The notes: generated by a model not told the origin, from the letters alone. A stretch of DNA of 64,000 nt from Phycisphaerae bacterium (GCA_963675745.2 CAXXWX010000015.1:384001-448000); one strand, 5' to 3'; counted from the first letter of the stretch, positions 46,575 through 57,040 are shown. Numbers and translations are program-made.

Positions 46575-48915
46575 ATGCGCTATCTGGCGGCAGCAATCGT
46601 GTTTCTGATGTGCGCGGGACCGGCGACGGCCGGCGAGGGGCCGTTGACCGACGAGCAGCGCGCCGAACTCTCACGCCACTTCGGCTTCGGCGAGCTCGAG
46701 ATCTACAAGTTCGAGTACGGCGTCGGCCGCATGCGCCTGGCCGACCTGAACAGCGACGGCCGCACCGACATCATCGCGTGGAATCCGCGCAAGGCACGCA
46801 TCGAGTTGCTCTATCAGCCCGACGCCGACAAACAGCCCGCCGCCGACCGGCAGGAGCTCGAACAAAACGAAATCCCCAATCGCGGAAACCTGCGCATCGA
46901 GCATCTCCCGGTCGCCTATGACATCGCCACCCTTGAAGTGGCCGACCTGACCGGCGACAAGCTGCCCGATATCGTCTTCTTCGGCGAGCCCAAGGAAGTT
47001 GTGATTATGCCCGGGATGGCGGGTGGCGGGTTCGGCGCGGCGGATGGCCTGCGGGCGCCGGACGGCGACGCGCGCGGCGGCACGCTGGCCATCGGCGACT
47101 TCAACCACGACGGCCGCAACGATGTCGCGCTGCTCGGCCCGAAAGTGCTTCAGATCTTCCACCAGAAAGCGGGCGGCGGACTGGCCCAGCCCGTTCGCAT
47201 CGTACACAACATCGAACAGCCGATCATCATGATAGCGGCGGACGTCAACGGCGACGGCCGCGACGACCTGGCCATCTCGACCGACGATCGCCAATACGCC
47301 ATCAACGTCATCCTCCAGGAGCCCGACGGTGTGCTGGGCCCGCTGCGGCGCATCAAAGTTCCCAACGTGCGCAGCATGACATTCGCGCCGGCGGCGGGTG
47401 GCGACGACCTGTTCGCCGTCGAAACCACCACCGGGCGCCTGATCCACTATCGCTGGGAGGCACCCGCCGAAACCGCCACCGAATCTGACTGGGCCGCTCT
47501 ATCTCTACTCCTACCCGGTCGAGAGCAAGAGTGAACGCCGTCCGCTTGCAACCGGCGACGTGGATGGTGACGGCCTGCTGGGACGTGGGTAGCGGTCGAT
47601 TCCGATGCCGCCCGCCTGGTGCTGTTCAAACAGACGAAACACGGCCTGCAAACCGGCGTCGACTTCCCCGCGCTGATGAAGACCGTTGATCTGCAAGTGG
47701 TCGATGTCGACGGTGATGGGCGCGCCGAGGTGCTCAGCGTCAGCGCGGAAGAGAAAGTGCTGGGCCTGTCGCGCTTCGCGGACGGGCGCCTGGCCTTTCC
47801 GACGCCACTGCCGATCCTCGGTGATCCGCTGGCGGCGACCATCGGTGAGCTGGTGCCGGGAGCGGGAGCGCGGCTGGTTTGCCTGGTGCGCACCGAGGAA
47901 GATGAGGTGCGCGAGAAGCTGCTGGAAGGCGCAGATGACGACGATGCGGAAGCGTTCCTCTGTGTCAGCGACCCCAGCGGCGCCACGCGGCACACCATCA
48001 CGCCCATCGAGGAGTTGGAAGAGGAACCGACCGGGCTGCGCATCGCCGACGTGAACCAGGATGGTCGCGCGGACGTGCTGCTGTTTTACCCGTTCTCCGC
48101 TTTGGGCGTGTTTCTGCAAACGCCCGAGGGGGGAGTTTGCCCAGTTCGCAGGCGCCGACAAGCGCGACGGGCTGGTCGAAGACGCCAAGCTGGCCGGCTA
48201 TGTGCTGAGCGATGTGACCGGCGACGGCAAGCCCGAGTTGATCCTCACGCTGAAGAACATGGCGCGGGCCCTGGCGGTGCGCGATGGAAAATGGGTCGTC
48301 GTTGACCAGTACAACCCGGAATCGTCGGCGGCCATGCTGACCGGCATCGCGGCGGTCGAAGACCAGCCGGGCAGCCCCACGCTTGTCATGTACGACAAGC
48401 AGGACAATGAGCTGGTGGTCTTCAAGAGGCGGAGCGACAAGACCTACGCGGCCGCCAGAACGCAACCGGTCGGCGTATTCGAGTTGAGCGGCATGTTCGC
48501 CGGCGCAATCGGGGGGGGCGGGAAAGGCGCCTTGCTGCTGGCCGACGCCAAGGTGCTGGCGATGTTACGGCCGGGCGAGACGCCTCTGTCGTTCGTCCAG
48601 CGGCATGCCTATGAGACCGACACGAAGCGCGGCTGGCTGGCGGATGCGGCGGTCGGCGACGTAAACGCCGACGGTGTTCGTGATATCGTCGCGGCCGACA
48701 CGCGCAAAGCGAACCTCGAAGTGCTGACCACACTGCCGAGCGGCGCATTCGATCGCGCGTTACGCTTCCAGGTCTTTCAGGGCAAACGGTTCTCCGACGA
48801 ACCAGATCGCGGCGGCGACCCGCGCGAGATTCTGGTCGGCGACGTGACCGGCGACCGGCACGACGACATTGTCGTCATCGCCCACGACCGCGTTATCGTC
48901 TATCCGGGGCAATAG
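46575..48915 (+). CDS. Secreted FG-GAP/VCBS-repeat protein interrupted by four apparent single-G insertions
   Basis: Signal peptide; repeated D[LFV][NT]GDG..D[IL] motifs across three ORFs; removing one G each at 47491-3, 47580-2, 47587-9 and 48128-33 gives one continuous frame. Confidence 0.8.
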
Positions 48916-49075
48916 AGCGGTTACAACGGCTGCGTAGCGGGACGCGGCCCCCGCACCGCATCCAATCCGGCCGGTATGCGCCGACAGCACTGTAGCGGCC
49001 CGCGCCCCCCAGGCCGTCGGTGTAAGACGGCGCCCCCGCTGTACCCGCGCCCGACGCGCGGCTATAGTCCCCGCG

Positions 49076-50008
49076 ATGCCCAACCACCTGCTGGGACAAT
49101 TCTGTGCACTTATGGCCGCGCTGACCTGGGCCGCCGCGCTCGTGCTATTCAAAAAGAGCGGCGAGTCGGTCGCGCCGCTTGCGCTCAACCTGTTCAAAAG
49201 CGTCGCCGCCCTGATGATGTTCGCCGTCACACTGGCGGTCATGCCGGGCCTGGCGGCGTTGGGTCTGCTGGCGCCGTGTCCCCCGGTGCTCGGCGTGATG
49301 ACCGCGGGGGAGTGGTGGACACTCGCGTTGAGCGCGGTCGTCGGCATCGCCGTGGCCGACACTCTCTTCTTCTGGGCGCTTAACCGCATCGGCGTCGGCA
49401 TTATTGTGGTCGTGGACTGTCTCTACAGCCCGGCGACGATCTTCTTCGCCTGGCTGTTGTTGCGCGAGCATCTGCTGCCGGTGGATTACGTTGGCGGCGG
49501 ACTGGTGCTGATCGGCGTGTTTATCTCAACACGCCACACGCCCCCCCCGGGCCGCACACGGGGTGAGATCGTCGCGGGAGTCGGCGTCGGTGGGTTGGCG
49601 ATGGTCTGCATGGGCTACGGAATCGTAATCGCCAAGCCCGTGATTGAGCGCTATGACGTCTTCTGGATTACCGCCATCCGCCTGCTGATCGGGACAGCCG
49701 CCCTGGCCCTGTTTGTGATGGCCTCTCCCCGGCGCAAGCTCGTATGGGCGGCATTCAAACCGGCGCGCGTCTGGCGCCAGAGCCTGCCGGCTTCGTTCCT
49801 GGGCAACTACCTGGCCCTGACATTCTGGGTCGCGGGGTTCAAGTACACGACGGCCACGGCGGCGGCGATTCTGAACCAGATGTCCGTCATCTTCGCAGTC
49901 GCGCTGGCTTATATCTTCCTCAAGGAGCGGCTTGACCGGAAGAAGGTCATATCGCTGGTACTGGCCTGCGTAGGCGCGCTGGTAATCCTGACGGCCAAAC
50001 GAGCATAA
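49076..50008 (+). CDS. DMT/EamA family transporter
   Basis: About 10 TM segments in two repeats; AWLLLRE and AYIFLKERL motifs. Confidence 0.88.
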   Translation: MPNHLLGQFCALMAALTWAAALVLFKKSGESVAPLALNLFKSVAALMMFAVTLAVMPGLAALGLLAPCPPVLGVMTAGEWWTLALSAVVGIAVADTLFFWALNRIGVGIIVVVDCLYSPATIFFAWLLLREHLLPVDYVGGGLVLIGVFISTRHTPPPGRTRGEIVAGVGVGGLAMVCMGYGIVIAKPVIERYDVFWITAIRLLIGTAALALFVMASPRRKLVWAAFKPARVWRQSLPASFLGNYLALTFWVAGFKYTTATAAAILNQMSVIFAVALAYIFLKERLDRKKVISLVLACVGALVILTAKRA

Positions 50009-50011
50009 AAC

Positions 50012-50114
50012 AGGAAGTAAGAAGTCAGAAGTAAGAAGTCAGAGACACGCTCACGAATGCGGATTGTGCGGCGATGGCGCGTTTCTGACTTCTAACTTCT
50101 TACTTCTGACTTCC
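50012..50114. repeat. Heptamer-repeat inverted hairpin overlapping the folP 3' end
   Basis: (agaagtM)n arm, spacer, then gcgcgtttctga(cttctDa)n arm. Confidence 0.85.
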
Positions 50115-50914
50115 GTCAACGCTTCTACCACGTTCAGCCCGTCGCGCAATGCGCGCACGTCGTGTGTGCGGATGTAGTCGGCGCCCTGCTGCGCCGCCCA
50201 CAGTTCGACCGCCAGGGTCCCGGCGGCCCGTTCGGACACTGGTCGCGGCTCCTCGGAACCGCCGATGACAGCGCCGACAAAAGACTTGCGCGACGCCGAT
50301 ACGCAAATCGGCAACCCGAGCGTTTTCAGTTGATCCAGTCCGCGCAGCACCGCCAGGCTGGCTTCCGCGTTTGACCCGATGAAATAGCCCAGCCCGGGAT
50401 CGAGGATAATCTGCTCGCGATGCACACCGCCCGCGGCAAGCGCGCTCAAACGCCGCTCGAAGAACCGCATGATCCGCTCGACAATTGTCGCTGGATCGGT
50501 GACCAGGCGTTCCGCGTGCGCGTCGCCGGACGTGGAGTGCATCAGGATCAGCCGGGCTCTGGAGTCCGCGACGACCTTGATGGTCTCCGAATCGCGCGCC
50601 CCGGTAATGTCGTTGACGATGTCCGCCCCGAGCGACAGTGCCGCACGCATGACCAGCGGCCGGTACGTGTCGATCGAAACACACACGTCGCGCGCCTTCA
50701 ACGCGCGAATGGTGCTGGACACGCGCGCAATCTCGGTTTCTTCCGAGACGCGCTCGGCGTCGGGATGGCTGGATTCGGCGCCGATGTCGATGACGTCCGC
50801 ACCATCGGAAACAAGCCGCAGCGCATGATCGATGGCGCGGTCGGGGTCCAGGTAGCGACCGCCGTCGGAAAAGGAATCGCGCGTGATGTTAACGATGCCA
50901 AGAATCCGAGTCAT
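50051..50914 (-). CDS. folP: Dihydropteroate synthase, Sul-like
   Basis: GIVNITRDSFSDGG, DIGAESSHPD, SIDT, VND, LMH, LDPGLGYFIG, SRKSF, IRTHDV. Confidence 0.93.
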   Translation of the reverse strand: MTRILGIVNITRDSFSDGGRYLDPDRAIDHALRLVSDGADVIDIGAESSHPDAERVSEETEIARVSSTIRALKARDVCVSIDTYRPLVMRAALSLGADIVNDITGARDSETIKVVADSRARLILMHSTSGDAHAERLVTDPATIVERIMRFFERRLSALAAGGVHREQIILDPGLGYFIGSNAEASLAVLRGLDQLKTLGLPICVSASRKSFVGAVIGGSEEPRPVSERAAGTLAVELWAAQQGADYIRTHDVRALRDGLNVVEALTEVRSKKLEVRNAPSPHNPHS

Positions 50915-50934
50915 GCCGAACCTCAGAAGCAGGA

Positions 50935-51047
50935 AGGTTAGAAGTTAGAAGTTAGAGGTTAGAGGTTAGAGGTTAGAAGCGCGCCTCTGGATGCGACCTG
51001 GGCCACGTCAGCGCGTTTCTTACTTCTTACTTCTAACTTCTGACTTC
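50935..51047. repeat. Heptamer-repeat inverted hairpin between pilT-like gene and folP
   Basis: (agaRgtt)n agaagcgcgc, spacer, then gcgcgtttctta(cttctDa)n. Confidence 0.85.
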
Positions 51048-52140
51048 ATCGCACCAGCCCTTTCTCCATCTCGCGGGTACGCACGCCGCGCAGGGACATA
51101 GTAAGCGCTTCCCGATGCGTTGCCAGCTTCAGCGTTTCGTCGGCGGAGATGCGTTTGGCGCGGCAGAGCCACTCGAGATGCTGGTCGAACGTCTGCATAC
51201 CCAGGTCGCCGTTCATGACGGCCTGCGGGATCGCGGTGACGCGGTTCTCCATGATCAGTTTCCGAACGGTCCCGGTGCCGCGCATGATCTCGCAGACCGG
51301 CACGCGCCCCCCTTCGCGCGCATTGGCGAGCTGCATGGCGATAACGGCCTCGATGTTGAGCGCCAACTGGGTCAGCAGCAGGTTGTGTTGCGCCGGGTCG
51401 AACATCGCGATGATGCGCTCGACGGTCTGCTGCACGTTGGTGGCGTGAACGGTGGCGAAGACCAGGTGTCCCGTATCCGCCGCCCGCAGGGCCACGCGCA
51501 TGCTGGCCAGGTCGCGCATCTCGCCGACCATCAGAACATCGGGGTCTTGTCGCAACACATGGCGAATCGCGTCTTCGTAGCTGCGCGTATCACGCCCGAC
51601 CTCGATCTGGGCTACAAGCGAGCGGGCACTGTGGTGAATGAACTCGATCGGGTCCTCGATGGTGATGATCCGCCTGTCGAAGTTCTGGTTGATATAACCC
51701 AGCATGGCCGCGATCGTCGTACTCTTGCCGCTCGAGGTGGTCCCGGTGACGAGCACCAGCCCGCGGCGCGTGCCGGCGATGTCGCGCATGATCGGCGGCA
51801 GATTCAGCTCCTCAAACGTGGGTATCTCGGCGTGTACGCGGCGCAACGCCAGCGCCGGCGTGTCGAGCTGGTAAAACACGTTGGCGCGAAAGCGGGCGTC
51901 CTCGGAGAAACTGTACGACAGATCACAACTGCCCTCGCGATTCAGCAAAGTGCGGCTGAGCTCGTCGAGCACTTCGTCCGCCATCCGGAGCAGATCCTCC
52001 CGCGTCAGTGGTGGGCAGTCCACGGCGCGCACCTTGCCGTCAACGCGCAGCATGGGAGGCGCGCCGTGTTGCACGTGGACATCGGATGCGTTCACCCGGA
52101 TCGCCGTCTCCAACAGTCGCCGCAATTCCAGGCCGGCCAT
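51046..52140 (-). CDS. pilT: PilT/PilU family type IV pilus ATPase
   Basis: ASDVH, RFRANVF, GTTSSGKST (Walker A), TIEDPIE, LRQDPDVLMVGEMRD, TGHLVFATVH, GMQTFDQ. Confidence 0.88.
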   Translation of the reverse strand: MAGLELRRLLETAIRVNASDVHVQHGAPPMLRVDGKVRAVDCPPLTREDLLRMADEVLDELSRTLLNREGSCDLSYSFSEDARFRANVFYQLDTPALALRRVHAEIPTFEELNLPPIMRDIAGTRRGLVLVTGTTSSGKSTTIAAMLGYINQNFDRRIITIEDPIEFIHHSARSLVAQIEVGRDTRSYEDAIRHVLRQDPDVLMVGEMRDLASMRVALRAADTGHLVFATVHATNVQQTVERIIAMFDPAQHNLLLTQLALNIEAVIAMQLANAREGGRVPVCEIMRGTGTVRKLIMENRVTAIPQAVMNGDLGMQTFDQHLEWLCRAKRISADETLKLATHREALTMSLRGVRTREMEKGLVR

Positions 52141-52293
52141 CTCAATCTCCGTTTACCATGTGTCCACGTCTATCTTAGTAGTTAATTTATTAACAGCAAG
52201 CCCGCTCTCCCCAGGCATCCGCATTGTCGCGCTCGTCGGCCGGCGGTAGGCTGTCACGCGCGGTGCCAACATCGTACCGGCGCGCGAGGGTGT

Positions 52294-53181
52294 ATGGACC
52301 GGAATGCCGCGTACTTACGCCGTATTACCGATGACCAGGGCTGCATCGCTGGAGATCTGGTCTGTCGCCGATGCGCATATAACCTGCGGGGATTGCCGGG
52401 CGGCGGGCGCTGCCCCGAGTGCGGGTTGCCGGTCGGGCGCTCGGCTTGGGGCGATATGCTGCGGTACTCCGACCCGGCCTGGGTGGAGAAGCTCCAGCAC
52501 GGCCTGCTGCTGGCCCTCTGCGGACTGTTGTGCCGCGTGGCCGTGGCGCTCATGGCGAGGCTCGCGGCAACCGGCGCTGACGCGCCGGTTCTCATGGCAC
52601 TGCTGGACCTCGGCGCGACCATGGTGGGGTACTACGGCGTGTGGCGTTTGACCACACGCGATCCAAGCGGGATCGGCGAAGATCAGTACGGGCGTACGCG
52701 CCGCTTCATCCGGTTTGCGCTCGTGGTCGCACTGGTGCTCGACATTGGCGCTGCGATGACAACGGTGATGGTTGCATTGCCCGTTGCCCTGCTGGCCGGC
52801 CCGCCGATCGCCGTCATCCTGACCACCCTGCTGGACGTTGCCGCGTTGCTGGCGACCTTGAGCTACCTTGAGAAACTCGCCAGGCGCGTGCCCGACGACG
52901 ACCTGGCCGACCGCGCGCAAGTCCTGCTATGGGCGCTGGTGGTGTTGTTGGTGACTGGAGTGATCGGGGTTCTGCTGATCGCGTTTACGCAGAGCGGCGC
53001 CGTCGATGGCGCCGGGATCGTGGCTGGAGTACTCGCGGCCGCGAGCTGCGCGGGTGTCTTCCTGCTGCTGCTGTTTGCGGGCATGCTGTTGGCCCTGCTT
53101 CTCCAACTTCAGCAGTGCCTCCGCGAGCAGGCCGAGTTGGCCCGTGCCACATGGGCCGCCGACATTGACGACGAGTTTTGA
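52294..53181 (+). CDS. Zn-ribbon membrane protein
   Basis: CRRCAYNLRGL...CPECGLPVGRS..GD.L...DPAW followed by about 6 TM segments. Confidence 0.8.
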   Translation: MDRNAAYLRRITDDQGCIAGDLVCRRCAYNLRGLPGGGRCPECGLPVGRSAWGDMLRYSDPAWVEKLQHGLLLALCGLLCRVAVALMARLAATGADAPVLMALLDLGATMVGYYGVWRLTTRDPSGIGEDQYGRTRRFIRFALVVALVLDIGAAMTTVMVALPVALLAGPPIAVILTTLLDVAALLATLSYLEKLARRVPDDDLADRAQVLLWALVVLLVTGVIGVLLIAFTQSGAVDGAGIVAGVLAAASCAGVFLLLLFAGMLLALLLQLQQCLREQAELARATWAADIDDEF

Positions 53182-53248
53182 GCGCGGCGCAGCACGGCGT
53201 AATTGTCGAGGAGCTGATGTGCGCGCTGTGATCCGCGGGAAAGAACCT

Positions 53249-53328
53249 GTAACGGCCTGCGCCTCGCAGGCCGCCGGGCGCAGATGCCCTCTCCGGTCCT
53301 CCACGGCCTGCGTGGCACAGGCCGCTGC
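53249..53328. repeat. Inverted pair of REP palindromes
   Basis: gtaacggcctgcgcctcgcaggccg and inverted degenerate cggcctgcgtggcacaggccgctgc. Confidence 0.7.
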
Positions 53329-53431
53329 CGCTGCACCGGTGGCCGTTTCGCGTCGTCGCCCCTTTTCGCCGCTGCCGCTGCCGCGTACTGTGTTTGAAGT
53401 CGTTTCGCGCTGAACCCCGTGGGGCACCGTT

Positions 53432-54352
53432 GTGGAAACACCGCCGGCCGAACTCGAAAGCGTCCTTGACGAACAGGGGTGCCTGAACGTCGATGTGCCG
53501 TGCCGGGCCTGCGGGTACAACTTGCGCGGATTGCCGTGGAGCGGCCACTGCCCCGAGTGCGGCCTGCCCGTGGGGCGCTCGACGTATGGCGACCTGCTCC
53601 AATTCTGCGACCCGGCGTGGCTCGAACGGCTCAGGCGCGGCGTGACAGTAATTCTGTGGGGCGCGCTGGCGTTGGTTCTAGCCCTTGTCGTTGGTCGCGT
53701 CTTGGCGATCACTCTGCGCCTTCCGATCATCTACCCGCTGGTGACGTTGGGCGCGTCAATCCTCACGCTTTACGGCACCTGGCTCGTAACCGAGCCCGAT
53801 CCGAGCGGACTGGGCGAGCGCGAGTACGGAACTCTGCGCCGTCTCGCAAGGGCCGCGCTGCTAATCGGCTTACTTGGCACGCTGGCGATGACCGCGCTGA
53901 CAATTGCGCTGCACCCGGCGGTTATCTTAGGCCTCGTTTGCGTGAATACGCTGGGCGGGATCGGCGGCGCTATCGGCGAGTACGCCAAGTTCTTCTATCT
54001 TTCCAAGCTGGCTGTGAGAATCCCCGATCCGGCATTGTCGCGACGAGCCGCGATGCTGCGCTTCGGAGTCGGCATCCCCATGCTGATCGATGCCCTGCTC
54101 GTCGGGCTGGCGATGTTTGTGGCGTATATCCTCACAGGGACCACACCGGGCGCCACCGGTTTGGTGCCGTGCCTGGTTCTCCCCGTGCGCGCCGTCACGC
54201 TGGTGTTCTGGATTATCTCGCTGGTGCTGCTTTTCCAGCTCCGAAGCCGCTTCAGAGACCTCCACCTCTTCGCCAGCGAGTTCTGGAGCCGGGATTCAGG
54301 AGACGATCCGCCCGCCAACCCGCTGCGGCCCTCAGACGCGCCTTGGTCCTGA
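53432..54352 (+). CDS. Zn-ribbon membrane protein (tandem paralogue of 52294..53181)
   Basis: CRACGYNLRGL...CPECGLPVGRS..GD.L...DPAW, DPSGLGE, LAVRIPD. Confidence 0.8.
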   Translation: METPPAELESVLDEQGCLNVDVPCRACGYNLRGLPWSGHCPECGLPVGRSTYGDLLQFCDPAWLERLRRGVTVILWGALALVLALVVGRVLAITLRLPIIYPLVTLGASILTLYGTWLVTEPDPSGLGEREYGTLRRLARAALLIGLLGTLAMTALTIALHPAVILGLVCVNTLGGIGGAIGEYAKFFYLSKLAVRIPDPALSRRAAMLRFGVGIPMLIDALLVGLAMFVAYILTGTTPGATGLVPCLVLPVRAVTLVFWIISLVLLFQLRSRFRDLHLFASEFWSRDSGDDPPANPLRPSDAPWS

Positions 54353-54367
54353 CCGATACATAAACGT

Positions 54368-57040
54368 GTGATGCTGGGATTTCGGTACGCGCACATTATC
54401 GGGCGAATCGTGGCTGTGGCCGCCACAACCGCCGCGCTGGCGGGTGGCACTGCGCTGGGCGAGCCATGGTCCGGCATCGAGACGCCAACGCAGCATTTCA
54501 AACGCGTCAGGCTCTTTGATTTCAACGAGCCGGACAATTATTACGACGTCCCCATGCACTGGACGCGGTTCACCGGGGATGGTTGGCCCGAATACGCCGA
54601 GGGTGTGTTCGACAACGAGGTCGGACACGATGCGCCGCCTTCGTTCCGCTTGAGCACGGCGATGGAAAACGTCGCGCTCGAATACAACCACCCCGATCTG
54701 GGTGTGATTCCCGGCGCCGACTACCTGATCGTCGGTTACATTCGCGCCGAGCGCGTCCGCCACGCGCGCGCGTTTCTCTCCGCCCATTTCGTCAATCGCT
54801 TCGGCGATACGCTCGAAGCGAGCATGCGCGTCAGCCAGTTGATTCAATCGACCGGCAATGAGGCCGAGCCCTGGCAACGCGTCGAGATCCTGCTCACCGG
54901 CATCTATCCCGAAGCTGACTCCCTCCGCCTGCGCGCCATGCTCGTGCAGCGTTACGTGTGGCGCGATGCCGACGAGACGGAAGTGGACCCGGTTATCCAG
55001 CAGGATATCCGCCCGGCGGCGTGGTTCGACGATATCGCCGTCTATCGATTGCCGCGCGTCGAGCTGGCGTTTTCCAACCCAGGAAACGTCATGACGCGGG
55101 GCGAGGTGGCGGATCTGATTGCCAACGTACACAACGCCACCGATCAACCGCTGAGTGCGACGCTGCTGATCGGCAACGCCTCCGGTGAGTTCGTCCACCG
55201 TGAGAGTTTTACGATACCGCCGCAGTCCGTGACGCCACAACGTGTGATTGTCCCGCGATTGCCGGTCGGCTTGTACGACGCCCGGCTGGTGCTGTCCAAC
55301 GGCGAGCACACCTTGCTTCAACGGTACCTGCGTTTTGCGGTGCTCAACCCGATCGACGAGCGTGCGGGCGCGTCAGCCGACATGGGTGTTGACATCGGCT
55401 CGCAGCGGATCTTCGACGTCGGCGGGGCCACGCGGCTGGTGCAGGAGCTTCGTTGCGGGTTGGTCCGCGCCGGCATCCCGATGGTCGGCGCATTGGACTC
55501 GGATGAGCTGCTGGCCTACTACGACGAGCGCAGCGCCCTGCTGCGCGCGCTGACGGCCCAGCGCATCATGACCGCCGGCGTGATCCTCGCCCCCGGCGCG
55601 GCGTACGACCAGGCCGCCGTCACATCGACACGAGAGATGCTGATCACCGAGCCGCGCTGGCGCGAGCAGTTTAATCCTGTGCTTGCCCAGCACGTGGGCG
55701 CGCTCATCTCACACTGGCAGATCGGCACCGAGGAAATCGAGCTCTCCGGCCCACGCTGCGAGCCCGAGCTGGTGGACGCGGTGCGCGAGCAGCTCGCGCA
55801 GTTTGTCTCGCTCCCGCGCATGATCGTGCCGCAAAGCGTGCTGGCCCCCCGGTCGCCGGGCGACCGCGACACGTGCTATTGGGTTCCCGGGACAGTTTCG
55901 ACCGCCGCCCTGCCCCAGTACCTCGGGTTCCTGACCGAGCCGAGTGCCCGACAACGATGGCTGAAACTGGATCCGGCCGAAACCGCCGGGCTTGATCGCG
56001 GCGGGCGTCTTGCCGACCTGGCACGCCGAGTGGTTGCGGCCAAAGCGCTCGATCCCGATCGGTTGATTGTGCCGGCGCCGCTCGAGCTGTCCACGGGCAG
56101 CGGCATGCCGCTCTGGCAACCGACCGACGAGTACATTGTGCTGCGCACGCTCTTCCACCATCTCGCCGGCAAACGTGGCGTGGGCGCTATCGAGTTGCCG
56201 CATGATGGGATCATGCTGGTCTTCGCCGACGCTGCGGGCAGTTGCATGGTATTCTGGTCGCGGCGGCCCGAGATCAACGAGATTTCGCTCGATCTCTATC
56301 TCGGCGGCGAGCCGGAGTCTGTCGACCTGTGGGACAATCGCGAGCCGCTCCCGGTGCGTGACGGATGCGCGATCCTGCCGCTGAGCCCGACGCCGCGGAT
56401 ACTGATCAACGTTGACGCCCCGCTGACGCTGCTCCAGGCCAGCTTTCATATTGTGCCGACGTCGGTGCAGATCAACGACGTGACGACGCAGCCGGTGCTT
56501 CACTTCCGCAATCACTATGACCAACCGCTAAGCGGAACGGTGCAACTGCACCCGCCCACCGACTGGCGTGTGGCGCCGCAGTCGTTCGACTTTGAGGTGC
56601 CCGCCGGGGGTGTGGTTGATCGCACGTTGGACCTGGAAGTCCCCAATCGGCATCTGGCGGTGCAACGCGATCTGCACGTTGCAATAGAAACCACCGCACC
56701 GGCCGCCGCCAAGCTCGAGTTTGACGTGCCGTTCACCGTCGGCCTGCACGAACTGCAGGTAACCGCCCGCGCGCGCTGGCAGGATGACACTCTGGTTGTC
56801 GAGCAGACCCTGCACAACGCCTCAGCCGAGCCCATAGACTTCACGGCTTTCTGCCAGGCACCACTTCGCCCGCGTGCAGATCGCGCCTTTCTCAATCTCG
56901 CGCCCGGAGAATCCCGTACGCAGACCTATGTGTTTGCCGATGCGCAGATACTCGAGCTGGCCGGCATGACGCTACACCTGGGACTGCGCGAGAACAGGGG
57001 AAACCGCGAGTTGGACCAGCTTGTCGAAATCCCACGCTGA
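54368..57040 (+). CDS. Large secreted hypothetical protein (possible carbohydrate-binding and Ig-like domains)
   Basis: 890-aa ORF with signal-like N-terminus; FDFNE...W, AWFDDIAV jelly-roll-like pattern; beta-rich C-terminus. Confidence 0.65.
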   Translation: MMLGFRYAHIIGRIVAVAATTAALAGGTALGEPWSGIETPTQHFKRVRLFDFNEPDNYYDVPMHWTRFTGDGWPEYAEGVFDNEVGHDAPPSFRLSTAMENVALEYNHPDLGVIPGADYLIVGYIRAERVRHARAFLSAHFVNRFGDTLEASMRVSQLIQSTGNEAEPWQRVEILLTGIYPEADSLRLRAMLVQRYVWRDADETEVDPVIQQDIRPAAWFDDIAVYRLPRVELAFSNPGNVMTRGEVADLIANVHNATDQPLSATLLIGNASGEFVHRESFTIPPQSVTPQRVIVPRLPVGLYDARLVLSNGEHTLLQRYLRFAVLNPIDERAGASADMGVDIGSQRIFDVGGATRLVQELRCGLVRAGIPMVGALDSDELLAYYDERSALLRALTAQRIMTAGVILAPGAAYDQAAVTSTREMLITEPRWREQFNPVLAQHVGALISHWQIGTEEIELSGPRCEPELVDAVREQLAQFVSLPRMIVPQSVLAPRSPGDRDTCYWVPGTVSTAALPQYLGFLTEPSARQRWLKLDPAETAGLDRGGRLADLARRVVAAKALDPDRLIVPAPLELSTGSGMPLWQPTDEYIVLRTLFHHLAGKRGVGAIELPHDGIMLVFADAAGSCMVFWSRRPEINEISLDLYLGGEPESVDLWDNREPLPVRDGCAILPLSPTPRILINVDAPLTLLQASFHIVPTSVQINDVTTQPVLHFRNHYDQPLSGTVQLHPPTDWRVAPQSFDFEVPAGGVVDRTLDLEVPNRHLAVQRDLHVAIETTAPAAAKLEFDVPFTVGLHELQVTARARWQDDTLVVEQTLHNASAEPIDFTAFCQAPLRPRADRAFLNLAPGESRTQTYVFADAQILELAGMTLHLGLRENRGNRELDQLVEIPR

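Noticed and set aside
47532..47570. Two in-frame TGA codons between same-frame FG-GAP ORFs, suggesting selenocysteine or stop read-through
   Set aside because: The intervening sequence reads as a proper FG-GAP motif in a shifted frame; three compensating extra Gs explain it better
50012..51047. Integron attC sites around the sul-like gene
   Set aside because: No clear RYYYAAC...GTTRRRY boxed structure and no integron integrase in the window; the arms are tandem heptamers
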